Shown: one piece after another, positions 31,761 through 43,534 of the stretch
How positions within the stretch are numbered: position 1 is the first letter of the stretch
Layout: each line of letters starts with the position of its first letter
Assembly (NCBI GenBank): GCA_018238625.1
Contig: JABCSY010000017.1
Span: 1-51,797 of the forward strand
From: Promethearchaeota archaeon
GTDB lineage: Archaea > Asgardarchaeota > Lokiarchaeia > Sigyniarchaeales > SOKP01
DNA: 51,797 nt
Direction: 5' to 3'
Program-made: the position numbers and the translations under genes
The notes under the pieces: model-generated
What the model was told of the DNA's origin: nothing
What the model saw: only the letters and a program-made list of their open reading frames with translations
Database searches by the model: none

Positions 31761-32318
31761 GTGCCAGCTGTCGAAATCAATTTGGAAGATATTATATTTG
31801 ACCCAAAAGTTCAATCTTATTGTAATAACGCCAAATTTAAGTGTCCTAACTATGGGCATTCGTGGACTTGCCCACCAGAGGCCCCTTATTTTGAAGAAGA
31901 GGTTTCCCAGTACGAAGAATTCTTTCTAATATATTATGAATTCAATCTAAAAGAGTATGTAGAAAGATTAAAATTAGAGTTTCCAAAACGCAGCGAAGAA
32001 AAGATAAGAAATTCATTTTACCGTAAAGATATTGTTAGAGATTATTTAGGAAAAGAGGTTAACACTTTTCTGCAAAATTATGGTAATTCCTACAACGAAA
32101 AGCTTATTTTATGGGACGGATATTGCAGAATTTGCTTTAAAGAAGGGAAAAACTGTACTTATGATGACGGCGTACCTTGTCGTTATCCAGATAAAAAAAG
32201 GTTTTCGATGGAAGCAGTAGGAATAGATGTCGACAAAACAGTTAAAAGCGTCGATATTGAAATAGAATGGCCTCCCGTTAATTTTGCTTACCGATTTGGA
32301 TTAATTTGCTTTAAATAA
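31761..32318 (+). CDS. DUF2284 predicted metal-binding protein
   Basis: C..C..YG..WTCPP, G.CRIC...C....CRYP...R.SMEAVGIDV. Confidence 0.88.
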   Translation: MPAVEINLEDIIFDPKVQSYCNNAKFKCPNYGHSWTCPPEAPYFEEEVSQYEEFFLIYYEFNLKEYVERLKLEFPKRSEEKIRNSFYRKDIVRDYLGKEVNTFLQNYGNSYNEKLILWDGYCRICFKEGKNCTYDDGVPCRYPDKKRFSMEAVGIDVDKTVKSVDIEIEWPPVNFAYRFGLICFK

Positions 32319-32321
32319 CTT

Positions 32322-32572
32322 ATGACAACACAAGATAAGTCTATTGTTGGAAAAAAAGGAGAAATCCTTTCTAAAAAATCACTAAGAGAGATATCAAGTA
32401 TTAAAGCTGGAGATGAGGTTTTAATAGAAGCTTACCCTGGCAAATTAATAGTTAAAAAATTTATTCAGTTGACGATTTATTAGAGATGCCTATTATTGCT
32501 GAAGGAACAGGGGAAGAAATAGAAAGAGAGATTGAAGAAGAAGGTAAGCAACAAGAAAAGATGATGGATTAA
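32322..32572 (+). pseudogene. Frameshifted AbrB/MazE/SpoVT-family antitoxin
   Basis: MTTQDKSIVGKKGEILSKKSLRE...IKAGDEVLIEAYPGKLIVKK, then a frameshift at the A-run near 32455 to IYSVDDLLEMP...QEKMMD*. Confidence 0.75.
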
Positions 32573-32691
32573 TGAAAACCCAGAGACTTATTTTGAATCA
32601 AACGATATTGAAATACGAGACGAAATAGAACTAGAAATAACTCTATAATCCTAATCAACATTTAAAAAAAGTAAAAAAAATAAATATTTGT

Positions 32692-34005
<1,314 letters not shown>

Positions 34006-34064
34006 TCACATTCCGTTAAGTGTGTTAACCATTCTTTTTCTTTTTTTGATTAATAAAGTATTAT

Positions 34065-34086
34065 TTTTAGATATTTATATCTAAAA
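34065..34086. promoter_or_regulatory. Perfect 10-2-10 palindrome in the divergent purA/GIFT intergenic region (candidate operator)
   Basis: TTTTAGATAT-TT-ATATCTAAAA. Confidence 0.35.
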
Positions 34087-34191
34087 TATGTTCCAAAAAG
34101 GATTATTCATTAATAGTTATAAAATTTTTCTGTTAAAGATTTTTTATACAATAATTTTTATAGGCTTATTTTTATCACATTTATAGTAAAA

Positions 34192-35076
34192 ATGCTTCTG
34201 AGAAAAACGATTCTTTTCGATTTAAATCATAACGAGATGCTCGATATTGATTTTTCAGATTTTTCAGATTTTTCAAAACTTCTTCAAAATCTAAATCTCA
34301 AGATTAAAAAAAACGAGAATAAAGATTTAACGAAAAAGGTTTTGGAAAATGTTGATGTTTTAGTTCTGGGCAATCCTATTGACGATTACTTTTCAAACAT
34401 TGAGATCAAGGACATTGTTAATTACGTTAGAACTGGAGGGAATTTAATTCTTATAAGTGAATATGGAGCTGATTATCTTCAAAAAACTAATTTGAATGAT
34501 ATAGCTCCTAATTTTGGTATCCTATTTGAGAAGAATCTCATAAAAGAACAAAATTCCAATAATCATAATCGTTCAAGTATATTACACATTCAAAATTTTC
34601 CTAAAAATAATATTATTAATGGATTAAGAGAAGTTGTAATAGGTGGAACTTGTTCTCTATTCTTAAATAAAGGTGCAAAACCACTTTTACAAACAGATAA
34701 AAGTAATTTCTGGTCAGAACTTTTTAATAGCTCTTCTGAAGAATGGATAAAGGATAAAGAACAACAACACACAATAGCCGCTTATTCTGAATTTGGGCAA
34801 GGCAAGGTCGTTGCTTTTGGCGATATCGACATCTTTTGTAGTGATGATAATATAGGTATTAATTCTCTTGATAATCAGAAGTTCCTACACAATATTTTTA
34901 CCTGGTTGACTGATCCTGTAAAAAGATCAGACGTAATGTCTTTCATCTTAGATCAAATTGGGCAAGTTCAAAACAACGTCAAAGAAATCCATAAAACAAT
35001 GAATAATGTAATTGAAACAATGAGTATTTTGGAAAAAAGGCTACGTCATTTAGAACAGAATCAAAATAGTCATTAA
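34192..35076 (+). CDS. GIFT (GldG/IFT52)/DUF4350-like domain protein with C-terminal coiled coil
   Basis: ILFDLNHNE, DVLVLGNP...F...EI..I..YV..GGNLIL, TNLN......FGI, GKVVAFGDIDIF...DNQKF..NIF.WL. Confidence 0.75.
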   Translation: MLLRKTILFDLNHNEMLDIDFSDFSDFSKLLQNLNLKIKKNENKDLTKKVLENVDVLVLGNPIDDYFSNIEIKDIVNYVRTGGNLILISEYGADYLQKTNLNDIAPNFGILFEKNLIKEQNSNNHNRSSILHIQNFPKNNIINGLREVVIGGTCSLFLNKGAKPLLQTDKSNFWSELFNSSSEEWIKDKEQQHTIAAYSEFGQGKVVAFGDIDIFCSDDNIGINSLDNQKFLHNIFTWLTDPVKRSDVMSFILDQIGQVQNNVKEIHKTMNNVIETMSILEKRLRHLEQNQNSH

Positions 35077-35210
35077 TTCCATCAAAAATAACATTTGATT
35101 TAAAAACCCAATTTTTTCATTTTGTAGTTTTAGAGATATTAAAGTAATTTTTAATTGCATTACAAATTTTATTTAAATTAATAAATATAAACATCTAATA
35201 GATCAGAAAA

Positions 35211-36656
35211 ATGCCTTTAAAAACCCCAGAACAGTATTTAGAAAGCATAAAACGACCTGTAGATTTGTATCTTTTTGGTGAAAAAGTTAAGGAATTTTGG
35301 AATCATCCTATTATAAGACCCTCAATCAACACGGTTATGAAGATTTACGAATTAGCTCAGATGGACGAGCATAAAGATCTTATGACTACCACATCACATT
35401 TAACGGGTGAAACTATTAACAGATTTACGCATATTCACCAATCTGCTGACGATTTAGTTAAAAAGGTTAAGATGCAGAGGTTATTGGGTCAACAAACGGC
35501 GTGTTGTTTCCAAAGGTGCGTAGGATTTGATACCGCTAACGCTTTATATAGCGTAACCTATGAAATGGACAAAAAAAATGGAACTGATTATCATAACCGC
35601 TTCAAAAAGTATTGGACTGAAGTACAGTCTCAAGATTTGATGGTAGGCGGTGCCATGACAGATAATAAAGGAGATAGAAGCAAAAGACCTAAAGACCAAC
35701 CTGATCCAGACGCTTATTTACATATAGTCGAAGAAAATGATGACGGAATAATTATTCGCGGAGCAAAAATCCACCAAACAGGATATTTAAACTCACATAG
35801 AGCAATTGTTATGCCCACTCTTTCTTTACGACCCGGTGAAGAACAATACGCTGTAAGTTTTGGTGTTAATACGAGTGAAAAGGGGATAACCTTAGTATAT
35901 GGAAGGCAGTCGTGTGACACTAGAAAAATGGAACACGGTAAATTGGATATTGGAAACTTCAAGTATGGCGGCCAAGAAATATTTGTAATATTTGATAATG
36001 TGTTTATACCAAATGATCATATATTTATGAAGGGAGAAATAGAGTTTGCCGGTAAATTAGTTAATAGGTTTGCTGGTTTCCATCGGCAGTCTTATGGCGG
36101 ATGCAAAGTTGGTGTAGGTGATGTACTCATCGGTGCGTCATCGTTAATTACTGAATACAATGGAACCGAAAAATCATCTCATATACGAGATAAACTCGTG
36201 GAAATGGTTCATTTAAACGAAACACTATATTGTTGTGGTATTGCTTGCAGTTCGTTAGGGTTTCAACGGGAAGCAGGAAACTTTGAAATGGATATGCTTT
36301 TGGCAAATGTATGCAAACTAAATGTTACTCGTTTTCCATACGAAATAGGGCGCCTTGCTGAGGATTTAGCTGGAGGGCTAATTTGTACAATGCCTTCTGA
36401 AGCAGACTTAAAATCGGAAGAAATTGGGCATTTAATTGAAAAATATCTTAGTACATGTGAAGAAACATGCGCTGAGGATAGATATAAAGTTCTGAGATTC
36501 ATTGAAAATTTAACGATGGGCGTAGCTTCTGTTAGCTATCGGACGGAATCGATGCACGGAGCCGGAAGCCCACAAGCACAAAGGATTATGATATCAAGAC
36601 AAGCTGATTTGGATAGTAAGAAAGAGTTAATCAAAGATATTTTGGATATTGAATGA
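35211..36656 (+). CDS. abfD: 4-hydroxybutyryl-CoA dehydratase
   Basis: Fe-S ligand motifs CFQRC and HRQSYGGC, GAMTD.KGDR, GAKIHQTG, ESMHGAGSPQAQ. Confidence 0.93.
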   Translation: MPLKTPEQYLESIKRPVDLYLFGEKVKEFWNHPIIRPSINTVMKIYELAQMDEHKDLMTTTSHLTGETINRFTHIHQSADDLVKKVKMQRLLGQQTACCFQRCVGFDTANALYSVTYEMDKKNGTDYHNRFKKYWTEVQSQDLMVGGAMTDNKGDRSKRPKDQPDPDAYLHIVEENDDGIIIRGAKIHQTGYLNSHRAIVMPTLSLRPGEEQYAVSFGVNTSEKGITLVYGRQSCDTRKMEHGKLDIGNFKYGGQEIFVIFDNVFIPNDHIFMKGEIEFAGKLVNRFAGFHRQSYGGCKVGVGDVLIGASSLITEYNGTEKSSHIRDKLVEMVHLNETLYCCGIACSSLGFQREAGNFEMDMLLANVCKLNVTRFPYEIGRLAEDLAGGLICTMPSEADLKSEEIGHLIEKYLSTCEETCAEDRYKVLRFIENLTMGVASVSYRTESMHGAGSPQAQRIMISRQADLDSKKELIKDILDIE

Positions 36657-36763
36657 GATAACACTAATGGAATATAACATCTAAACCTATATATTATCAG
36701 ACATATTATTTTACTATAATTTTTTTATAAAATTAACTTAGTTCTAACTTAAATTTTAAAACT

Positions 36764-38158
36764 TTGGTGAAATATGTGAGTGACAAATCTTACGAAGAAA
36801 TTTTTTCTGAATTTGAAGAAATAACGAACCACTATAATCGTAGCGACCAATATTTTGACATTTTGTACGATTCAGTTTCGTCCACAACCATAGTAAAGAC
36901 ACCTTCCTCGGAAAATCTTTCAGTCAATACTAAAAAATCGGGCATCGTTGCACGTACATTTTCAGGAATATGGGAAGAAGCAGCAATTGAAGAGAGTTCT
37001 GATATTGGCGTTATTAAAAATAAGATCCCAAAATTGACCAAAAAGGGAGATGCAATAGCTGAATTCGAAGGTTGGGTATTAAACAAAGAAATTAAACCTA
37101 AAATCGATCCTTCGAACATACCCATAGAGGATAAAATCAAGAAAGTAAGGGAAATTTATGATTATGTCAAAAATTACGATGAGAGAATTTTTAACGTTCA
37201 AGTAAAGTACATGGAATTCTTAATTGAGCGAATTTTCGTCAATAATGAAGGATGTAAATTAAGACAAGTAATTCCGCGCATGCGATTAATGGTTTTACCT
37301 ATTGCTAAAGAAGGATCTGTTGTTGATTATGATTATTCGGTTATTACTGGAGAGATGGGATATGAAATTTGTGATTTATTTGATCATGCATTATTGGAAA
37401 AAACGGTTAAAAACTCTCTTGAAATGTTGAAAGCTGAATTACCCCCAGCAGGACGGCGAACCATTATTTTGGATCCCCCAATGGCGGGACTGATCGCTCA
37501 TGAAAGCTTTGGACATGGTTTGGAAGCAGATCAAATATTAAGAGATCGAAGCTATTTAAAACAACACTTAAATAAGCAAGTCGCTTCCGAGATCTGCTCG
37601 ATCTACGACACACCATCATTAGAGAAAAAATTCGGTTCTTACTTTTTCGATGACGAAGGAATAAAAGCTGCTAACAATGTTTTGGTAGAAAATGGTATAT
37701 TAAAAGATTTCATATATGACCGGAGATCTGCCTCAGATTTAAGTGCCATCCCTCAAGGAAATGGAAGGCGAGAAAGTTTCGCCCACCCTATCAATGTTAG
37801 AATGACAAATACTTATTTCGGTTCTGGTAATTATGATCTGAATGAAATGATCTCAGAAACCAACGATGGCATAATGTTGGTTCATGGATTCTTTGGAATG
37901 GAGGACCCCTTAGGTGGGGGCATGCAATGCACATCAAAAAAAGCATATCTAATTGAAAATGGAGAAAAAACAAAAATTTTGAAGGCTACAGCTCTGAGTG
38001 GAGATGTTCTTGAATTATTAAAGAATATCGATGCTGTAAGTAATGACCCTACGAGACTTGATGGTGGGACATGTGGAAAAGGTACTGAAGATTTCGTTCC
38101 CGTTACTTCGGGTGGTAGTTATATTAGAGTTAAAAACGTATTAGTGAGTCCAGGGTGA
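36764..38158 (+). CDS. tldD: TldD-family metalloprotease subunit
   Basis: HESFGHGLEAD, DDEG, GNGRRES, RMTNTY, CGKG...VPV..G. Likely start GTG at 36776. Confidence 0.92.
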   Translation: MVKYVSDKSYEEIFSEFEEITNHYNRSDQYFDILYDSVSSTTIVKTPSSENLSVNTKKSGIVARTFSGIWEEAAIEESSDIGVIKNKIPKLTKKGDAIAEFEGWVLNKEIKPKIDPSNIPIEDKIKKVREIYDYVKNYDERIFNVQVKYMEFLIERIFVNNEGCKLRQVIPRMRLMVLPIAKEGSVVDYDYSVITGEMGYEICDLFDHALLEKTVKNSLEMLKAELPPAGRRTIILDPPMAGLIAHESFGHGLEADQILRDRSYLKQHLNKQVASEICSIYDTPSLEKKFGSYFFDDEGIKAANNVLVENGILKDFIYDRRSASDLSAIPQGNGRRESFAHPINVRMTNTYFGSGNYDLNEMISETNDGIMLVHGFFGMEDPLGGGMQCTSKKAYLIENGEKTKILKATALSGDVLELLKNIDAVSNDPTRLDGGTCGKGTEDFVPVTSGGSYIRVKNVLVSPG

Positions 38159-39495
38159 GAGAAAAAATGTCAAACGAAAGATTAGATTTAATTGAAAAAG
38201 GATTGAATTCAAAGAATATCGAAGAATACGAAATATATCTTGTGGAAAGGAACATGTACGAAACAATTTTCTTGAAAAATCAAGCAGACAATGAACGAGA
38301 AATAAGAGACTTTGAATACTTTATACGGATTCTTTCCCAAAAAAAAGATGAAACTGGTATAGGCGTAATTAAGGGAAATTCTCTGGATAAAGGACAAATT
38401 GATAAAAATATTGATATTTGTGCTACATTATCAAAATTTAATTCAAGCACCAAGTATTTTTTTCCAGAAAAGACACACATATCAGATCTTAATACGGCAG
38501 ATAAAAAAATCTTAAATGATCCCATAGCAATTAAGAAAGATTTAGCGGAGGAGTTAATATCAGAGGCGTCCCAGCAAAAAGATGTAAAGACTACTTTTGG
38601 ACGCTTTAGAATTCATAGCTATCATAGCTTCTTGAGGAATAGCAATGCCTTGAATTTAGATTCTAAGAAAACATTCTTCTTTATTGAATTTGCGTTAAAA
38701 GCACAAGAAAATGGGAAGTTATCTGAGTTTTGGGAAGCTGGATATTATAAAGAGAAAGAACATCTAAAATTTAACGAAAGAGTAAACGATTGGGCAAGGA
38801 GAGCAAAAGATACATTAAGAGCAGAAGAACCTAAACCAGCCAATGACGCTATTGTAATATTTTCACCATCCGTATTAAGAGCGGCGATAAATCCCGTAAT
38901 TGGATTCCATGCGCTCGCAATAGCTCATTTTGAAAAAATTTCTCGCTATAATATTGGTGACAAAGTAGCAAGCGATAACATCACACTAATCGACGATGGG
39001 TTGCTAGATGGAGGTCTAAGTTCGAATTCATGGGATTCAGAAGGAAACCCTCAACAAGAAACAGAAGTTTTAAAGAACGGAGTCTTTCAAAACAGGTTGT
39101 ACAATCAGAAATATGCAATTTTAGATGATGTGCTATCAACAGGAAATGCCAAAAGAGCAGAAAATGGCACTGTAGTTAATGGCATCAGTAATTTAAAAAT
39201 ATTACCAGGAGATATTTCCTTAAAGGAGATGATCTCAAACGTTAAGGAGGGTTATTACATCGAACAGTTTTCTTGGCTACATCCGGACGATATATCAGGT
39301 AATTTTGGAGCGGAAATTAGAAATGGATATTTCATCAAAAACGGCGAGTTTCAAAACCCAATTAAACTAGGAAATGTTAGTGGCAATGTACTTGAAATGG
39401 TAAAAAATTGCTTATACATATCTAAAGAGCGAGAGTTTTCCGAAAATGTTCTCTTTCCATATATGGCGTTTAATAATTTGAATGTTTCTTCTTAA
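38155..39495 (+). CDS. pmbA: PmbA/TldE-family subunit
   Basis: Lacks HExxxH; has DSEG.P, STGNA.R, SGNF, VSGN; coupled to tldD. Likely ATG at 38167. Confidence 0.88.
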   Translation: MREKMSNERLDLIEKGLNSKNIEEYEIYLVERNMYETIFLKNQADNEREIRDFEYFIRILSQKKDETGIGVIKGNSLDKGQIDKNIDICATLSKFNSSTKYFFPEKTHISDLNTADKKILNDPIAIKKDLAEELISEASQQKDVKTTFGRFRIHSYHSFLRNSNALNLDSKKTFFFIEFALKAQENGKLSEFWEAGYYKEKEHLKFNERVNDWARRAKDTLRAEEPKPANDAIVIFSPSVLRAAINPVIGFHALAIAHFEKISRYNIGDKVASDNITLIDDGLLDGGLSSNSWDSEGNPQQETEVLKNGVFQNRLYNQKYAILDDVLSTGNAKRAENGTVVNGISNLKILPGDISLKEMISNVKEGYYIEQFSWLHPDDISGNFGAEIRNGYFIKNGEFQNPIKLGNVSGNVLEMVKNCLYISKEREFSENVLFPYMAFNNLNVSS

Positions 39496-39528
39496 AAACA
39501 AAAAATAAAATTTTTATTATTGCTTTTT

Positions 39529-40428
39529 TTATAATCCTAGCACTTTAGCAGCGTTTATTCCTAGAATTTTGTCTTTGTCTTCTTCAGTGAAGTCTGTTAA
39601 TCCCATTAGTTTGAGAGCAGGAGGTACTTTTAATTTTCTAATACCTTTTACCCAATCTTTAAGAGATAAGATTGAAACAAAAAGAGGCCAATCTGAACCG
39701 AAAAGAATTTTATCAATACCACACGCTAATTTCGCTTGAAAAAGCGTTTGAATAAAGGCGGCAGGAACCATTTTTAAAACTGGTTCCCAAGCAGAGATGT
39801 CAAGATAAACGTTAAAGTTCTTACTAGCAACTGATATAGCTTGATTTGTAAAAGGATCTCCCATATGAGCCATAATTATTTTCATATCGGGAAAATCTAT
39901 AGCAACTTTATCAACATAAATTGGTTGGCAATATTTTATGTATGTATTTGGCGGCCCTGACCCTGTATGCATCAGAACAGGGAGCTCCAATTCTTGTACA
40001 CGCTTATAAAAGGGATAGTATTTTAGATCGTCTGGATAAAATCCAGTTAATGGCCAAAGCTTTACACCTTTCAATCCCAATTCTACACACCTTTCAAGTT
40101 CTTGAATAGCTTCTTTACCTCTTCTAGGATCAATTCCAGCAAATCCTATAAATTTATCTGGATATTCATTAACAATATTTGCAACGTAATCGTTGTAATC
40201 TTTATAAGTTAAATTAGCCGTAAAAGCAATATGCCCATCTAATGCTAAAATAACCGTTTTATCAATTCCTGCTTCTTCCATCTCTCTAATCAATCGTTCC
40301 GCTGATCCATCATATAAAGTTGATGGATCTGATAAACCCATTTGCTTAGCTCCGTCATCAATTAACTTCTTAAAACTTCCACTTATGATGGATTTATCCC
40401 AAATATGACAGTGTGAATCTATAATCAA
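39529..40428 (-). CDS. Amidohydrolase_2-family metal-dependent hydrolase
   Basis: IIDSHCH, GLKGVKL, MHTG, AHMG, LFGSDWP. Confidence 0.9.
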   Translation of the reverse strand: MIIDSHCHIWDKSIISGSFKKLIDDGAKQMGLSDPSTLYDGSAERLIREMEEAGIDKTVILALDGHIAFTANLTYKDYNDYVANIVNEYPDKFIGFAGIDPRRGKEAIQELERCVELGLKGVKLWPLTGFYPDDLKYYPFYKRVQELELPVLMHTGSGPPNTYIKYCQPIYVDKVAIDFPDMKIIMAHMGDPFTNQAISVASKNFNVYLDISAWEPVLKMVPAAFIQTLFQAKLACGIDKILFGSDWPLFVSILSLKDWVKGIRKLKVPPALKLMGLTDFTEEDKDKILGINAAKVLGL

Positions 40429-40518
40429 TTTTTTTTAACCTGTTATCTTTTTTGGTTTTCGATATAATTGTTTAATAATTATACTAAGATAAGGCTTTTT
40501 TTAAATGATATAGATATT

Positions 40519-41034
40519 TTAGCCAGATTCTTTAACATTCAATAAGAAATATAAAACAACGGGAATCATTAATTCGACCAAACCCTCTCCGAATTCTGTT
40601 AATTTATAAGAAATACGTACTGGGCGAGTATTGTGAATATTTCTTGTTACAAATCCTTTCATCTCTAATAATTTCAATCGATCTGTGAGAATACGTGAAC
40701 TAATTCCCGTTAAAACCTTTTTGATTCCATTATAATTTATTTCCCCCATTATATTTAATATGTGTAATATATCAAAAGTCCATTTTCCTTGAATCAAATT
40801 GAAAAATAATTTAAGATGCTCTCTTTCCTCAGTAATTAGATTAATGTCATGGTTTAATGCTCCTCTTTCCAATTTGATGCTTTCTTTTGTAGTTTTTTGA
40901 ATTATGGGAATTAGGCTATAAAGATCCTTATAATGTTTGAAATAGAATCCCTTTTTTCTATTATTTCTATTCATTGAATAAATCACAATATTAGTGTAAA
41001 TTTTTTTACTTACAGTAAAAACAATATCTTTCAT
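40519..41034 (-). CDS. HxlR-family transcriptional regulator
   Basis: GKWTFDIL, ISSRILTDRLKLLE..G.V.R......P..ISYKLTEFG. Likely ATG at 40974. Confidence 0.9.
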   Translation of the reverse strand: MKDIVFTVSKKIYTNIVIYSMNRNNRKKGFYFKHYKDLYSLIPIIQKTTKESIKLERGALNHDINLITEEREHLKLFFNLIQGKWTFDILHILNIMGEINYNGIKKVLTGISSRILTDRLKLLEMKGFVTRNIHNTRPVRISYKLTEFGEGLVELMIPVVLYFLLNVKESG

Positions 41035-41156
41035 ATTTATTAAGAATATAATCCTATTTAATGTTGAATTTCAAACTTAAATTAAAAGAATAACAAAACG
41101 ATTTATTGAAGTGATGAAAAATATTAAATAATTCAGAAGAATTTACTAACGATGAT

Positions 41157-41669
41157 TTGATGGAAGTTCTTAAAGCACAAACAGAAGTTGGTAATAAACA
41201 TAAAAACCATTTCTTTGCAATGTTTTCTCAAATATTCTGTACTATTACTGAAGAAGTAATTAAACAATTTGGTGAAAAGGGCAAAGCTACAATAGAAAAA
41301 GCAGTTGAAAAGTATGGGATAGAAAGAGGTAAACGAATAGCACTATTAGTGGAATCTTTGGGGAAAAAACTTACTCTAAAGAATTTCTTCATTTATGGAG
41401 ACTTAGATAGTAGAAGTATTTTAAAATATAAGCCTAAAATTGTTGATGGAAATGTTGAAATTGTAATTAGAGATTGTGTCTTTTGTAATGGTTGTAAAGA
41501 GTGGGAAAAACTAAACAATGGGAAAATATACTGTGAATTCATAGATACAGCAGTATTAAAAGGATACAATCCCGAGTTAGCTATCGAAGTTCCCTCTATT
41601 ATGACAAAAGGGGATAAAAAATGTGTTCTCCGATATCTTGCGAAAAAAAATGAAAAATTTTCGAATTAG
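41157..41669 (+). CDS. L-2-amino-thiazoline-4-carboxylate hydrolase (ATC_hydrolase)/V4R-like protein
   Basis: FGEKG......AVEKYG.ERG, C.F...C..W, YCEFID......GYNP, GDKKC. Confidence 0.8.
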   Translation: MMEVLKAQTEVGNKHKNHFFAMFSQIFCTITEEVIKQFGEKGKATIEKAVEKYGIERGKRIALLVESLGKKLTLKNFFIYGDLDSRSILKYKPKIVDGNVEIVIRDCVFCNGCKEWEKLNNGKIYCEFIDTAVLKGYNPELAIEVPSIMTKGDKKCVLRYLAKKNEKFSN

Positions 41670-41698
41670 AGCTAAGAAAATTAGGGAGTTAAAAAAAA

Positions 41699-43534
41699 AT
41701 GAGTGAAGTTGAAAATCTATGTGATAAAGTCCTTAAAACAGATCTTTTAATTATAGGTAGTGAAGGTGCTGGAGGGCATGCCGCTATTGAAGCAGCTAAA
41801 AGTGGCGTTAATATATTGATTGTCACAAAAGGTAAAATAGGACAATGTGGTGCCTCACAAATGGCGGGGGCGGACTTTAATGTTGATGGGAAGGCAGCTA
41901 AAACCTTGGGTTTTCCTGGGGATGATAGGGATAATCCAGAATTATTCTTCGAGACCTTAGTAAGAGAAAGCTTGTATCTGGGTAATCAAAAAATGGTAGA
42001 AAAATATGTAGAGTATGCTCCAAAAGCCATGAAAGACCTATTAGATTGGGGAATGCGCATCTATAGTTATGAATCTGCCCATTCGGAAGAAATGGCTCGT
42101 GGAATAATAACTTCAGGTACATTATGGGTGGCAGCAATTCGGAAAAAAATAAGAGAATTGAATATCCCTCTTATTGAGGATACTATTGTAATTGATTTAT
42201 TAATCTCTGAAGGGAGAATAGCGGGAGCAATAGCTTTAGATATATTAACAGGGGAAACAATTATCATTAAATGTAAAGCTCTAATTTTAGCAACAGGAGG
42301 GTGGCATGTAGCTTATCCATTTAATACGGGGCCCTATGATCTTACCGGTGATGGTGTTGCGATGGCTTACAGAGCAGGATTAGAATTAACTAGTATGGAA
42401 ATGGTTCAATTTTGCCCGATAACAATGGTATGGCCCCCTAAGGATCGTGGGAGTATTGTCTTATATATGACTAGTGAGATTGATCCGTTTAACAAAACAG
42501 TTCGCCTTCTAAATAATAAAGGCGAAAGATTCATGGAAAAATATGACCCCGAAAATTTGGAACAAAGCACAAAAGAAATCGTTTCAATAGCGTCTCAACT
42601 TGAAATTGAAGAAGGCCGTGGAGGACCTCATGGAGGGATTTATTATTCATTGAAACATTCAAGAACAAGATTTATCGATATGCTTATAAAAGTTGCAGGG
42701 CATCGAATAAAAAACGAATATAAAGATTCTAGATACGAATTGAACATATTATTTCCTGAATTACTAGAAAAATGTAAAACCGAAGATGTTGAAGTTGGTA
42801 ATGCGGCTCATTACATGAGTGGAGGAATTAAAGTTAATGAAAATACAGAAACATCTATTCCTGGTCTTTATGCCGCTGGGGAATGCTCAGGTGGTTTATG
42901 GGGATCAGTTAGAGTAGCTTCTGCCTGTACTGAAGTAGGCGTCCAAGGAAAAATCGCTGGAGAAGTTGTTCCGAATTATATTAAAAAAGTAGAACATGCT
43001 GAAATTAAAACGGAACGAGTGAAAGAGATATTAGAAAGAATAAACAAACCATTAAAGAATATCACTGGGATAACACCAAACGAGCTTCAAAGAAAAATGC
43101 ATGAAATCTCGGGAAAAAATCTTGGTCTGATAAGAAACGAAAAACAATTAAAAGAAGCAATTAAGGATTTAGAGAAATTATTAAGAGATGATGTTGAAAA
43201 GTTGTATATTTCTTCCACTAAAAGTAAAGCGTTGAATTACGAATGGATAAGATCAATTGAATTACGAAATATGTTAATATGTTTATACTTATCAGCTAAA
43301 ACATCGTTGATTCGCGAAGAAAGTCGAGGTGAATTCTATCGCAGCGATTTCACTATTACTAACAACGATGAATGGTTAAAAACAATAATTTTAAAGAAAA
43401 AAAATGGAGATTGTGAAATTAAATTTGAAAAACCAGTAATTACTAAAATTTCTTTACCAAAAGGGAAATTAACATATCAAGAAGCTATTGGTGTGGCTAC
43501 AGCTTCTTTGAAAAAAGAGGAGAGGGGCGCTTAA
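41699..43534 (+). CDS. SdhA/FrdA/NadB-family FAD flavoprotein with atypical active site
   Basis: IIGSEGAG, LATGG, TGDG.AMAYRAG, MEMVQF, HYMSGG, GLYAAGE, REESRG..YR.DF. Confidence 0.88.
   Translation: MSEVENLCDKVLKTDLLIIGSEGAGGHAAIEAAKSGVNILIVTKGKIGQCGASQMAGADFNVDGKAAKTLGFPGDDRDNPELFFETLVRESLYLGNQKMVEKYVEYAPKAMKDLLDWGMRIYSYESAHSEEMARGIITSGTLWVAAIRKKIRELNIPLIEDTIVIDLLISEGRIAGAIALDILTGETIIIKCKALILATGGWHVAYPFNTGPYDLTGDGVAMAYRAGLELTSMEMVQFCPITMVWPPKDRGSIVLYMTSEIDPFNKTVRLLNNKGERFMEKYDPENLEQSTKEIVSIASQLEIEEGRGGPHGGIYYSLKHSRTRFIDMLIKVAGHRIKNEYKDSRYELNILFPELLEKCKTEDVEVGNAAHYMSGGIKVNENTETSIPGLYAAGECSGGLWGSVRVASACTEVGVQGKIAGEVVPNYIKKVEHAEIKTERVKEILERINKPLKNITGITPNELQRKMHEISGKNLGLIRNEKQLKEAIKDLEKLLRDDVEKLYISSTKSKALNYEWIRSIELRNMLICLYLSAKTSLIREESRGEFYRSDFTITNNDEWLKTIILKKKNGDCEIKFEKPVITKISLPKGKLTYQEAIGVATASLKKEERGA

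Noticed and set aside
34065-34086. Possible dif site (right half TTATATCTAAA resembles archaeal dif arms)
   Set aside because: It lacks the 11-6-11 geometry (no 6-bp spacer); kept only as a candidate operator.
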